A stretch of 64,000 bases of DNA from Octopus sinensis (taxonomy: Eukaryota): positions 103,602,001 to 103,666,000 of the forward strand of contig NC_042998.1 in NCBI RefSeq assembly GCF_006345805.1. The letters run 5' to 3'. Positions 25,894-39,538 of this stretch are shown piece after piece (within the stretch, counting starts at the first letter, position 1; every line of letters begins with the position of its first letter). The translations under genes were made by a program, and so were the position numbers. Under the pieces are notes generated by a model, which worked only from the letters and a program-made list of their open reading frames with translations, was not told the origin of the DNA and did no database searches.

Positions 25894-28493
25894 TATATAT
25901 ATATATATATATAAAATATAACTAATATGTATATACAAATATATCTGCTTGTATACATATAGATTAAATATATATATATGGGTGTGTGTGTGGTGTGTGT
26001 GCATATATACATATGTATATAATATAATTATATATATATATATTTATATATATATGTAAATGGATATTGATATTGATATGTATATGCATTTATATATATA
26101 TATATACATATACTACACACACATACACACATACGTATACATCCATTGTTATCGCTGTCACTGCGCGTGTACCGATCTAATTCCTAAGTACATGTTTACG
26201 ACAGTTGCTAATAAGGTATAATTAACTCCAGCTGTTGAAGAGCGAGCAGTAAGGGAGATAAGGCTATCTAGCCCCCAACTGTCATACTGATAACATATCC
26301 GAAGACACTATGGCCCTGAAGAATATAACTCACAAGAGATAAAAACCATTCTACGTTTAACAGCCGGAGACATTTTAATAGTTTTACATGCGCGTATCCA
26401 TAGTTATATACATACATATTTATATATATGTATATGTATGTATTTGTATGTATATATACATATACGTCATACGTATATGTATACATACATGTCTAGTGGA
26501 AGAGGTGAAATGCAGTGTGATTTTTGGCTAAAATAATGAGAGACAAGGGGATTAGAAAGAAAGCTAAAAAAGAGGTATAATGCTTATGTTTAAAGTATGG
26601 AAAGAAGGAAAGCGATAATTAATATGTATATGTGATTATTTGTGTATGCGTGCGTTTGTCATGGTTGTTTAAATACCAGAACGAAACAGAGATTGAAGTG
26701 GAGTTTCTTGCATCAACAATTGACCAGAATATAAATAATATAAATAATGACTTTGATATTTCTCTGTAGTGTAAGAAAGATATATGAAATGGCATACATA
26801 ATATGTTAATGTGTTTATACTTAGAAATAAAGCATTCGTGTAGATACTTTAAGAGAGGAAAGAAAATATTTTTGTTTGCACACGAAGTCCATTTGTTATA
26901 GCCAACGATGGAGCCTCTTCATAATTGCTCGACCCACAAGAATTAACAAAGTTAGCGGCATATTACATTTTATATTGTTTTATGTAGGGAAGAGCACGGG
27001 ATGTCACGATAAGGGCACCGTTTTTATCCAACGGCAACAATAATTTGTGTGGATAATATCTTCGTTGCTCTCCTAGAGAAGATAACTGCTGATGGAAATT
27101 TAACAGCTTAGCAATATACTGAAGCCATTAGGTCTGAGAAACAACCGATGGCTATTACTTTGGTTTTATATGTCAAAGATGTAGCGTAACAAATTCGGTA
27201 GGTCATGATACAAAGCTACCATCTCGAAGCTTTGTGAGAAATATGGCAATCTACGATATCAACAACTCCATTATATATCTGGTACTTCCCACTACAAAGA
27301 AAAGTAATACATAACTCATAGCAACAGAGGCTGAACTCGAGAAATAGAGAGAAAAAATTATACCTAGTATTTGGCCTTTTCTTATATTCTTCTACGTGGC
27401 GTCTCTTTTTGAGATGTTTTCCCCTTAAACAAATTTTAGGAATCGAATCTAAGATATTAGAAAACTGGAAAGTAAGATTGTGTACCACGAATTTACCATT
27501 ACAGCATAAAATGCGTAAGACAAAACAATCTTGTCAACAGTAGCGACAAATAATTCATTCCATAAACAAACTAAAAATTGCTTTCTTATCTGAATAAACA
27601 TATTGTTTATATCTTTAATTCTTATTCTATTTTCTTGTATTTTCTCTTTAAGTTAATTCATTAAAGCACTTGTATAATCATAATGTCTGAAATGTAAACT
27701 GTTTCCAGTTGGTTTGTTGCTACTAAATATTTCGGTATTTATATTTCCCGCAAAGTCATAGAGTAGCGGAAATGGGATGTAGCTAGAGAAATTGCCTTAC
27801 AATATTCGGATTGGACCTCCTATGTTCTGTATTATTTTTCATTTCTTTGAGGTTCGATATCACAAATACCACTAATATACCCGGTTAACTGCAACCAATA
27901 ATACCCATTTACCGCGAATTCGTAACTTTTTTCCAATGTTAGAAATCAAGGGACAATATTATTTCAGCGTGAATTGCCTAACTTCGTTTCACTCCTCAAT
28001 TGATAAGAGGTACCAGTCAAATACTGAGGTCTAATAAATCGACAATACGTTTTTCTAAATTCGGAGCCTTGCACCATAGTCTGAAATTAATATTACATTT
28101 GTATTTACATTACTTTATAATTCGTTGTCTCGATATTTTTCAAGAACTACCCTCTTTAATCTTCTCCATTATACATCATTATTTTCATCGGTTCCATATC
28201 AGACGTATCTGATTTTTTTTCTGTCAACCGCAATAGTATCAGCTCGCAAATTATCGCATTTTTCATGAACTTGCTGACGTTATCTCGAAGTTTCAGAATG
28301 AACAAACAACTAGTGTTCTGGAAACCCTTGATCTCATTTCCCTTTTAATCTGGGCAAGAAATTATTTTTCCCTTTCCACCATTTAAATCTATCAAAATCT
28401 ATCAGACGAACTCCTATATCAACACTTCTTCTAACAGTTTTTGTTAATATTCCGACTATTTTAAACACTTTCTATTATTGCATATCACTTTAA

Positions 28494-28900
28494 GGTGGTG
28501 AACTGGAAAAATCGTTAGCAGACCGGGGGAAATGCATAGCGACATTTCGTCCGTTTTACGTTCAGAGTTCAAATTCCGCCGAGGTCGACTTTGACTTTCG
28601 GAGTCGATAATTACCAGTTGAGCACTAGTGTCGATATAATCGATTTACACTCTCCCTCGAAATTGTTAGCCTTGTGCCAAAATTTGAAATCATTTTATTT
28701 CAGTTGAAGGCGGCGGCGAGCAAAATGCTTAGTGGCATTTCGTCAGTCTTAATGTTATGAATCCTATTTTCCTCGACGTCAGCTTTGCCTTTCATCCCTT
28801 CGAGATCGATGAAATAAGTACCTGTAAAGTACTGGAGTCAATGTAATCGACTACACCTTTTCAACAAAATTTCAGGCTTTGTGCCTATAGTAGAAAAAAT
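28494..28900 (+). mobile_element. Two adjacent SINE family A copies (about 28494-28693 and 28709-28900)
   Basis: Two family A heads and cores in tandem. Confidence 0.85.
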
Positions 28901-29694
28901 TATCATATTTCAGTTTATTTGCATATTTTTCTTTGATGCAGATTACATCTCTCATTTGCAACGCTTTAAAAAAAAAATAGCAATATTTCATATACGGGGC
29001 AGGTAGTTTTACAATTTTACCACACCTGACCAAACTTCACTAAATGAAAACATTTCTCATGAAACACTTTTTAGTTATAGGTACAGGTGTTCTTTTCTTC
29101 TTTAATATTAGATATATTTTCTAGGAACTGTTTCAGTTGTCTCCACCGAATATGTATCTGATATTTTACCGTTCCCCAAATTTCTTCATGACTTGTGGAA
29201 TAATAAAGTAATGACATATGGGATTTAGTTACTCAAGTCTCTTTACGGACAGAGTTCATATTCTGCTGAGGTCGACTTTGCTGTTTAATAACTTCCGAGG
29301 TTGATAAACGAAATACTACTGAAGTAATAGGTTTGTGTTAGTTAATTATACTTCGCAGAATATCGAGCGTTTTCCTTCGATCATGTGTTAATATGTTTGG
29401 TTAAGCATACGGCATAGTCTTACTTGTGTTATGTAGTGAGGAGATAAAACCCCGAATAACTGTGAATATTCAAGCAATTAGTAAACAAAAACTTCCTCAA
29501 ATAAGATTAACTGACTGAAGTTTGAAAGAAAAATCTACATCCGACTTATTTTATTCAAAATATTTTGATCGCATAATCATATTGAAGTTGTTTTTAGATT
29601 TTAAACACTTCCAACACTGAAGTTATCAACGCAATTTTATGCAAAATTCATAGTTAACATCAGAAGTAGATGCTTTCATTTCGCTATATTACAA

Positions 29695-29858
29695 ATATTG
29701 GTTTCAAATTTTGGCACAGAGCTAGCAGGAGGGGCTAGTCAATTAAACCTACGAAAGGCAAAGTTGACACCGGCGGAATTTGAACTCAGAACGTAAATAC
29801 ACATTAAATTCCACGTTGCATTTCGCCTGGCGTGCTAACAGTTCTGCCAGCTCGCTGC
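29695..29858 (-). mobile_element. SINE family A (internally deleted)
   Basis: aaggcaaagttgacaccggcggaatttgaactcagaacg...ttctgccagctcgc. Confidence 0.8.
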
Positions 29859-30842
29859 TACCGTTATATTACACAATGAGATCCTACCTTATATTGATTT
29901 ATGCGTATGTGAAATATTCCCCTGATGTACTTGCCCTTGGGTCTTATAGTTGCCTACGGTACAGTACGATTGCTGACTTACGCGGTTGATCTCGAAGTGG
30001 ACAGAAAAGCCCAATGAAATAAAGGGATCCTTTAGAATTAGCAGCAGTTAACCCCTCATGTTGAGAAGGTGCAATCTAGCTATGCTGTGTTTTGATTTAC
30101 TTTCTGGGGTAAATTATTCCATATAGTCGAATATCACTCTCATTTCAAAAGGAAAATAAATGAAGGGCGTATATAATACCTATTGAAAGGAAGATTTACT
30201 ATTTGGAGGATGTTACACTTGTTCACTAAACAATGTTGAACCGTTTGCAAAATATCTGAATCTGAAATTTTCTGTTTAATCTAACTTCCCGGCTACACAC
30301 AGACAAACAAATAGGTCACTCAAGCACCTATGTCTGAAGTTCTGGCTAAGTGTTTGCTTGTCTATCTCTATATGTATACTTAGCTGTCTATCTGTGAATG
30401 TGTGTGTGTGTGTGTGTGTATGTGTGTGTGTTAGCGTGTGCATGTGTATTTGAATTTGTGTGTGTATGTTTATAAAAGAAATCTTTAATATATATTTTAT
30501 ACATTCGCTTAATCTTATTTGACCGATATTTCGTTTGACCGATATTTCGTCTGAAGATAGTTTATAAAAAAATTGATTACAGATTAACAGTAAACCTCAT
30601 TTGAAAGTGCAGTGTCAATTTGTTTCAATACTGTCTGGTTATAAGGTATATGGAAACAATCGTCATATTTTCTGGTAATTATCATAAGAACCGTACAAAA
30701 AAATGGTACATTGCAAGAAACGGATTCCATAGATTGATAACTATCTCAGTTGAAGGGTTTCGTTTTTATATTAGTTATATGTATTAAAATACCAGTTTCC
30801 TTCACAAAGCCTCTCTTTTGTTTCTCTCCATTTCTTTTCACA

Positions 30843-30903
<61 letters not shown>

Positions 30904-31185
30904 CGTCTGTCTGTCTGTCTGTCTTTCTGTTTATCTGTCTCTCTGTCTATCCATTCATCCATCCATCTATCTATATTTCTATCCATGCATCCATCCACCC
31001 GTCCGTCCATTCATCTATGCATCTATCCATGCATCCATGCATCCATGCATCCACATCCGTCCGTCCGTCTGTCTGTCTGTCTGTCTATCTATCTATTTAT
31101 CTATCTATCCAGCCATCCGTCCAACCGTCCATCTGTCTATCTATCTATCCATGCATGCATTCATCCATCCATCCATCCATCCATG

Positions 31186-31264
<79 letters not shown>
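30843..31264. repeat. Compound microsatellite (TC)n/(TCTA)n/(TCTG)n/(TCCA)n
   Basis: Direct inspection; it generates the three overlapping spurious ORFs here. Confidence 0.95.
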
Positions 31265-31359
31265 TCTTTATTATGAATGTTAATTGCCACGATATTCTCC
31301 AAGAAGTACATTAGTAAGTATTCATTAAAATTCAGTCTAGTTCGTTTACTTAATTGGTA

Positions 31360-31712
31360 TTCTCTTACTTGTTTTTGTCATTTGACTGCAGCCTTGCTAT
31401 GACAGCGCCTTCAAGGGCTTAGCCTTTACCCATCGACCTCACTATATATATATATACATTTGATTCTTTTGCCGGTCAATCCATTTGTCGAACTGCTAAG
31501 TTATGGGAATATAAAGAAATAAGTACCTCTTGTAAAACATAAATTTATGCGCGCGTACACACACACACACACAGACACATTTCGCTAACCAAATTCGCTC
31601 AAAAAGTACTGGTTGGCACGGAGTTATAGTAGAAGACGTTTGTCCAAGGTGCCGGACAGCAGGGCCGAACCCGAAATTAGGTGGTTGCAAACTAAGTGTT
31701 TACATAGCCAAG
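31360..31712 (-). mobile_element. Degenerate SINE family B
   Basis: ttacttgtttttgtcatttgactgcagcc and agaagacgtttgtccaaggtgcc are reverse complements of the family B tail and core. Confidence 0.7.
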
Positions 31713-32434
31713 CCTATATCTAAAAATTATCCGTTAGATGTAGAATAAGCATAAATAATCAGTGTCGCAGAGGTCATGAACCAAATTGCTTTAAACTTTA
31801 GTGAAGTATAGTGACAAATTATATTTCTTTAAAAAGAAATAATTCCTAACCAGCAGAATCAGATATGGTATTACCAGCTGTAGGATTATCGGCTCCTATC
31901 TTACAGCCGGCGATTAACAGAATCCGTGCCACAAATGTAGATTTTCATAGTACATTTTTCTATCTTTCAAAGAGCACCATGAGATGGTTTAGCTTATCGT
32001 TGTAAAAAGCCAGAACTCTGAATGATTAATGGGCGCTTCCTATGCTTGAAAGGTTGACTTAAATTCCACTGAAAGTGGATCGTAAGTAGCAAAATGAACC
32101 CTTTCTTTTTCCATATACCCAGAGGGATCTTCAAATAGGCATTCAGGGTGATTAAACTATCAAAAATGATCAACAAGAGATAAAAACAAAGTTAAATAGA
32201 TTAGGAGAAACAGAAGTCCTCTTACTGCCATTAAAAACAAAATAAAAGGAATTATTTTTCGTTTACTTGGTGTTTCGATCTGAAGATTTGTTATGCCGGC
32301 TTCTGCTTATCAGAAAAAAAAAAAAAAGAACACACAAATATATTTGTGGTTGTTGAGTTGTCTCGGGTCAGCGCTGATTGCTCAGGCCTTCGAGCAAATG
32401 CATTCTTGGCACGATCATACCATTTTATAAGAGA

Positions 32435-32781
32435 CTAGCAGTATCGCCCGGCGTTGCTCGGGTTTGTAAGGGAAATAACTATATAAGCATTTTTAGAGAG
32501 TTACAGCCAAAAAATAGCAAAAAAATGCATTAAAAATGGAAAAAAAAAATGATGGTAAATTTTTTTTTAAATCGTTGACTCATCGTAGACATTTTAAGAG
32601 AGTTACTTCCCTTATATAATAGCGAAAAAATGCATTAAAATGGAAAATACCCAGAAGGGCTCGATATGAATCACGACTATAAGATACCCGGTTTTGGTTA
32701 AATTGCACCGCAAAATATGGGAGTAGTTAGGAATCTAAATCGTAGGAGACAGACACACAACTTGACTTTTATATATAAAGA
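32435..32781 (-). mobile_element. Complete non-autonomous Helitron (347 bp)
   Basis: Minus strand begins TCTTTATATATAAAAG and ends cccgagcaacgccgggcgatactgCTAG (GC hairpin just upstream of CTAG). Inserted between host A and T with no TSD. Confidence 0.88.
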
Positions 32782-33085
32782 TATAATGTTCATGACAGCA
32801 TTATCAAATAGTACGTTATGATCTGCATGTTATTTAGCTACTGTTTCTAGCATATCATGCGGCTATGTAAAAGTACGCTCTGTGGCTCAGTGAATGTTTC
32901 AGTTCAACATGTTTATATAAACAAAATCTACACACACACACACATACATGTATATGTGTGTGTGCGTGCGTGCGTATACAAATGTATGTACCTATGTATA
33001 TATGTATGTACGCATGCCGGTACGTATGCGTATGTCTGTTTGTATGTGTGTGTGTTTGTATGTATGTATGTATGTGTGTGTGTAT

Positions 33086-33139
<54 letters not shown>

Positions 33140-33527
33140 GTGTGTGTGTGTGTGTACGTTTGTATGCGCCTGTATGTAAATTGAAGAAAAGAAAACAGAA
33201 ACCGCGGAAATTGTCAAAAGAAAACTATAAATCTCTAAATTTCATAAAACGAGAGGTTTGTGAGTTATAGGAGAAGTTGAAATTTTTATCGTATTTTAGG
33301 AATTGCAAGTAAGGTTTCTATTACAAGACGAATAGGTTTTGGACGGTCCTTCGACCTTGTCATTGACGAACAAGGAACAAATGGAATACAAATTACAGAT
33401 ACGTTCATGCAAAAGAGAACGTGGGGAAATGTGGAAAAAGTAGTAGTAGTAGTAGTGGGTGGTGGGCTGGTAGTGATGGTGGGGGTGGGCTGGTGGTGTT
33501 GAGGTGGTGAATGTAGTGGTGACAAGA

Positions 33528-33632
33528 GAAGAAGAAGAAGAAGAAGAAGAAGAAGAAGAAGAAGAAGAAGAAGAAGAAGAAGAAGAAGAAGAAGAAGAAG
33601 AAGAAGAAGAAGAAGAAGAAGAAAGAAGAAGA
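33528..33632. repeat. (GAA)n tract, about 30 pure units
   Basis: Direct inspection. Confidence 0.97.
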
Positions 33633-33869
33633 AGGAGAGAGTGGTGTGAATGAGCATACGCTAAAGCAGCTAGTGACTTGTACAGGACCCGACCACCTAG
33701 GGCAGTGAGCATCCAAACGGTATATTTGTACTCGAGACTCTTAATTCTCAAGTTCTATACTGAAAGACTCTTATGCAAAACACATGACGAGGTCCTACAT
33801 TGACAAAATAATACAAATGGATTAAATAGTAGAATCAATGTCATGCCAAGGCGATGAAATGGGGAGACG

Positions 33870-34400
33870 CAAAACTGTCTTAAGAGCTAACCAGTGCACT
33901 AGGCCCTATAATAACCAATGCTTTGGGTCCTATAATAACCAAGGCACTGGACCCTGTAATAACCAATGCATCGAGCCATATAATAATTAATGCATTGGGA
34001 TCTAAATAACCAATGCACTGGGCCCTATAATAACCAATGCACTGGGCCCTATAATAACCAATGCACTATGCCCTATAATAACCAATGTATTGAGCCCTAT
34101 AATAACCAATGCACTATGCCCTATAATAACCAATGCCTTGGGCTCTATAATAACCACTGTACTGGGCCCTATAATAACCAATGCATTGGGTTTTATAATA
34201 ACCAATGTATTAAGCCCTATTATAACCAATGCGCTGGACCCTATAATAACTAATGCTTTGGGCCCTATAATAACCAATACACTGGGTCCCATAATATTTA
34301 TTTCTTGATAACATGCCACAGCATATATATGTATCTGGCCCCTAAAGCCGTGAAGCTCCTGTGTAACTCCCCAATGCGCCCATGCCTTAAGACTGCTCTG
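33870..34400. mobile_element. Putative hAT-like non-autonomous DNA transposon shell
   Basis: Imperfect terminal inverted repeats caaaactgtcttaag / cttaagactgctctg; possible degenerate TSD gggagacg / ggaagatg. Confidence 0.5.
33889..34295. repeat. 24-bp minisatellite, 17 copies (consensus AACCAATGCACTGGGCCCTATAAT)
   Basis: Units counted by eye; one unit is 23 bp. Confidence 0.95.
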
Positions 34401-34957
34401 GAAGATGTGTCGGGTTTCAAAAGATGATGAAATGAAAGTGAGTTGTTGTTTAGTTCCAATTCTGCTCTAATCGGGAAGATGAAATGTAAAGATAGCCCAT
34501 ACCAGCTCACTACTGGCTGTAACCCACGTCATAGCTGAAGATTATGGTCAGCACCATGTTAATCCAGTCTCAGCTCCTCATCAGTCTTAATACACCATTT
34601 TGCCAGCTATTTGGACTGGAGCAACGTGAGATAAAGTTCCTTGCCCAAGCACACAACATGCCTCTCTGACTTAGAATCAAACTACGATCTTATGATCTTG
34701 CTTAAACCATTTGGCTGCGTGCCTTCTCCCCAATTTAGAAAACCTTCGATCAACAGTGTCCCTGCTGTAATCATCTCATAATTTCTTGTTTTATTATTTG
34801 CACCTACATTGTGTCACGTGTCCAGCCTTTTCTTAAAGACGATATTGTGTAATTTGAGGTAACTTGGTTGCTATTTTCATTTTCAGAGGTCAGATAAAGG
34901 TTCCATCATTGGTTCACTAAACTCTGATTTGCTGTTGTTGTTATTATTTAATATCAG

Positions 34958-35153
34958 GATTGTGAGCAGCTGGTAGAATCGTTAGCACGCCTGGCGAAAT
35001 ACTAAGCCGTATTTCGTCTGTCTTTATGTTCTGAGTTCAAATTTCTCTGAGGTGCCTTTCATCCTTTCGATGTCACAGTAAAACACTGGGATCGATATAA
35101 TCAACTAGTCCCTCCCCCAATATTTCAGGCCTTGAGCTTTTAACAGAAAGGAT
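34958..35153 (+). mobile_element. SINE family A
   Basis: gctggtagaatcgttagcacgcctggcgaaat...gagttcaaattt. Confidence 0.85.
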
Positions 35154-35934
35154 TAGTTAGTATCGGGTCAAATCTGACTGTATAATCCGTCCATAACCAT
35201 GTCTTTTTCTTAAGCATAATCTATCTAAGACTACAAACTATTAGTGATGATTTTATGATAATCAGAAATTCATTGAGGGAAAATTGACTGATATTTCAAG
35301 TCAGCCATGCGATCACGTAGAAGTTCCTCGTTAGCTCAGCAAACTCAAAGTAAACGCCACTAGTGGTTATACATAATTTGCCACAGTAGGCAAGAGCAGC
35401 ACTGCAAAATTACCGATTAACACACGAAGCTTGCGATGATGAGTTCAATTTCTTATAGAGTAAAAATGAATAAGCAAACACCAACATTATTTGATATAGA
35501 CCAGCGTCATGCTCAGTTGAGAGATTTAAAATCAGGGATAAACGTCAAAAAGAAAATTGCAATAGTAACAAATTCTTGTTGACCAAAAACAGATCTCTGT
35601 AACTTCATGAAGGATAAGGAGGGAGAGGAGGGAAACGACATGAAGGGAAGGATCAAGAAATAGTGAATGAGATGGTTGGAGTTTGAAGCTATGATAAAGA
35701 TGTTAGGAAACTGAAGCAGATGATACACAGTATGGAGAGAGAGAGGGGGGAGAGAAACTCAGGAAGAAAGACGGTGAGTGTAGGGGGCAGAAAATTAGGA
35801 AAAGTGAAAGGAGAGAAATTGAGAACCATATATAAAATATTAGAACCAGAAGATAGAACTGTATACATAGGAAAATATATTGGAAGTAATGGAGAAAACA
35901 AACATGGAAACAAGAGAGAAGCAAAGACAAAGTA

Positions 35935-36009
<75 letters not shown>

Positions 36010-36799
36010 GAGAAAGAAAGAATTGAACAAGGCAAAAAATGAATAAGAATGAAAAGAAGGGAAGAATTCAGAAACTCGGGGAGAAAGAAAGAACGGAATG
36101 AAAAATGGAATATAGAGAAAGAAAAGAACGATTAGAGGAAGAAAGAGAGGATAGAAAAAGGAGGAGAGAGTCTGACAGAGCGAAGAGCTGATAGAAAATT
36201 GCTTATGAAAAAAGATGGTGTGTGATAAATGATGTTGAGGGCCGACATGTAAAACAATAACAAAGTAGAGAGAGAGGCTGAGTGGGAGATGGAATTAAGA
36301 TAAAATATTTGTGAAGAAGAAAAGAAGCAAAAGATAGAAAGGGGAAAGGAAGAGAAAAAAGAGGAGAATGAAGTAAATGTTTTGTTTTGATATTGTTCGA
36401 TTAATTGTTTGTTTAATTTAGGGGACATTAATTCCCTTTAAAGTGGGTGTAAGAAATGTGAAATTTTAACTGTGAATATACATAATTCATCCATAATTCA
36501 AGCTTGCCTCACTTCAAATGTTATCAAGATTTGTGCATTAGACAAGCACGTTGGTCCGGTTTGGTTTTAGTGGAAGACCACACTGTAATCTGTGATTAAA
36601 TCTTGGAACAGTGGGAGGAGAGGGGAAGGATGTGCGGTTTAATGCTTTTTTTATATAAAAAAAAATATGAACAGTTGATACGGTGTACATTTGACGCGAC
36701 AGAAGGTGGAAATACAGTTACATGATGAGTTAACAGAAGTGGGTGGTGACTTCAGATGAGAGGGAGGAAGAGAGAAAGAGAGAGAGAAAGAGAGAGAAA

Positions 36800-36848
<49 letters not shown>

Positions 36849-37752
36849 ATCCGCGCTAGAAAAAGAAATAGCTTAGTGCCATATCTTTTTTTTCTTCCCT
36901 TTTCTCTCATGTCGATTATGCATTTCTATTCCCTTGGAGTTCGAGATAAAAAAAGCAGTATATTCTTCATAGGGAATAAAATAATTATCCCCGAGCGAAT
37001 GAGACAGCTCCTATACGCTTTCTCACCAGATATAGTAACTAAATCGGAATATACCGTTCTTAAAACGGGAGAGATACATTTGAGAGTGTAGTCGTAGAAA
37101 GATAATGCCTGATAATGTCTTTAATAATGGAATGTTTGGTTACAACTGACCTGAGACAGAATAACATGCTTATAATCACAGGTGTTGTTGCATAGTCATC
37201 ACCCCGTCTTTATATACTTTCAGATATAGTTTATATAGAACTAAACTAACCAATATATATCTTTCCTCATTGTAAGACTATGGTTTGTGATTTCAATGAT
37301 TTTTTATGCAAATTCTGGCAGGTAGACCATACTAGCTCCTTCATTCACTTGAACACAACGAAGAACTAGAACCAAACATGAGGCGAACTAATCGTCCTTA
37401 ATAAAATTCTTAACAATACTACGTACGGAGGTACAAATATTGAAGATAAATGTTATATTCGGTAATGTTTTTAAAAGGAAGATCAGGATTCATTGACGTG
37501 CAAGAAAAATGTATTCTCTTAGGTACTGGGTCATAATGAATATTGCACAAGATTAACTGCTTACTGTCAGATATATATATATATATGAAAAGAAGAGGTG
37601 TATTCCCATGCAGGAAAAAATATTGGGGAATTTGTTTTGGAGTTTGAAAATGCACCTGAATTTGAAAAACGTGTAGTTTTTAAACAGATTTATTCACATA
37701 CATGTAAATACATGTTTCAGACCCAAAACAAATTCTCCCATACATGCATGTA

Positions 37753-37809
<57 letters not shown>

Positions 37810-37810
37810 C

Positions 37811-37888
<78 letters not shown>

Positions 37889-37939
37889 GATGTACTAGGC
37901 GAGACAGAAGATGAAATTCACGAGACTCTTCTTTCAGAC

Positions 37940-38042
37940 CCACTACAATAGTTTCGACTCATCGTGGACTGGTACCTTAGAGGTGAGATGCTGTACAATC
38001 AATTGTTGTAGATTATAGGTGCAAATGCATCTCCTCAGTTGA
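37940..38042 (-). ncRNA. Degenerate hammerhead-like motif with extended stem II
   Basis: Minus strand CTGAGGA-gatgcatt...(about 80 nt)...gatgagtc-GAAA-C tatt G-TA-gtgg; close to a (TA)n tract; stems partly decayed. Confidence 0.4.
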
Positions 38043-38237
38043 CTTTTCAAAAAGTACCCCTTCGCTTATTTCTATAACAATACATTTTGGTTAGTGTAGC
38101 ATACTATCTGTCTTCATAATGAACTGTTATAGAGAAAAAACGAAACGGCAAGTATGACACAAGATACTTTAAGAAAAGTCACCTGAGAAAACTTTAATTA
38201 TAAGAAAAAAAAGTAAATGTTAAGAGCAAACATGTTA

Positions 38238-38646
38238 AGGCGCAGGAGTGGCTGTGTGAAGTAGCTTGCTAACCAACCACATGGTTCCGGGTTCAGTCCC
38301 ATTGCGTGGCATCTTGGGCAAGTGTCTTCTGCTATAGCCCCGGGCCGACCAATGCCTTGTGAGTGGATTTGGTAGACGGAAACTGAAAGAAGCCTGTCGT
38401 ATATATTGTATATATTATATTATGTGTGGGTGTGTGTATGTGTGTGGTGTTGTCCTCCTAGCATTGCTTGACAACCGATGCTGGTGTGTTTACGTCCCAG
38501 TCACTTAGCGGTTCGGCAAAAGAGACCGATAGAATAAGTACTGGGCTTACAAAGAATAAGTCCCGGGGTCGATTTGCTCGACTAAAAGCGGTGCTCCAGC
38601 ATGGCCGCAGTCAAATGACTGAAACAAGTAAAAGAGTAAAAGAGTA
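38238..38646 (+). mobile_element. Full-length SINE family B
   Basis: aggcgcaggagtggctgtgtg...gaaacaagtaaaagagtaaaagag; nearly identical to 22637-23040. Confidence 0.92.
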
Positions 38647-39490
38647 AACATTTGATATTTAGCTATAATGATTTTGGCCCTCGGCCAAAATTAAAAATAT
38701 AACCTTTTATATATTAAAGAAAGCTCTATCATCACCATCATTGGATCTGGTTACACCAACACTTCAACGAGTTTTGCAACGATTTGTGGAGAAGCAATTG
38801 TAATCTATAATGCTGAATATACATTTTAATGCCAACTTTGTACGCGTAATTTCTTCTATACTGAAGACTATTGTGAAACGGCCGTAATTCTACGGAAGTC
38901 AGGTGGCTAAATATATATATTCACTTCTTACGTCTCTTCACTTTATAAACACACACACACGCATGTATATATAAATACACACACACACACACACGCATGT
39001 ATATATAAATACACACACACACACACACACACACGTACATATGCATGCATGACTGTATACACTGTGAGAGTGACAGACAGGCAGACATACAGAGAGGGAG
39101 AGAAAGAATGAGAGAGAGAGAGAGAGCACTTATCTTAATTCTAACTGTGAACAAATCTAAGTTGCTGACTCACTATATTCCGTTTAACAAATTTGTCACC
39201 AAATCATAATCAAACACGACGCAATTGATCTTAACAATAACCTAAATGTGGGTGATGGGTATCGATCTTAGAGTAAATATTTATATTATTAACATTAATA
39301 TAAATATTCTAGGCGTACAAGTAATTTATATTTATATATATATAAATATATATAGCATGTATGTATATATATATATAATATATATATATATATAATATAT
39401 ATCTGGAGAGAGGAGAGAGAGGAGAGAGGGGGAGGGGATAGATAGATATAGATAAATATGTATATATACACACACGCACACACACATATG

Positions 39491-39538
<48 letters not shown>

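Noticed and set aside
33889-34295. CRISPR-like array or Cys-rich repeat protein
   Set aside because: Units are contiguous with no unique spacers, the context is eukaryotic, and open frames follow trivially from a 24-bp unit.
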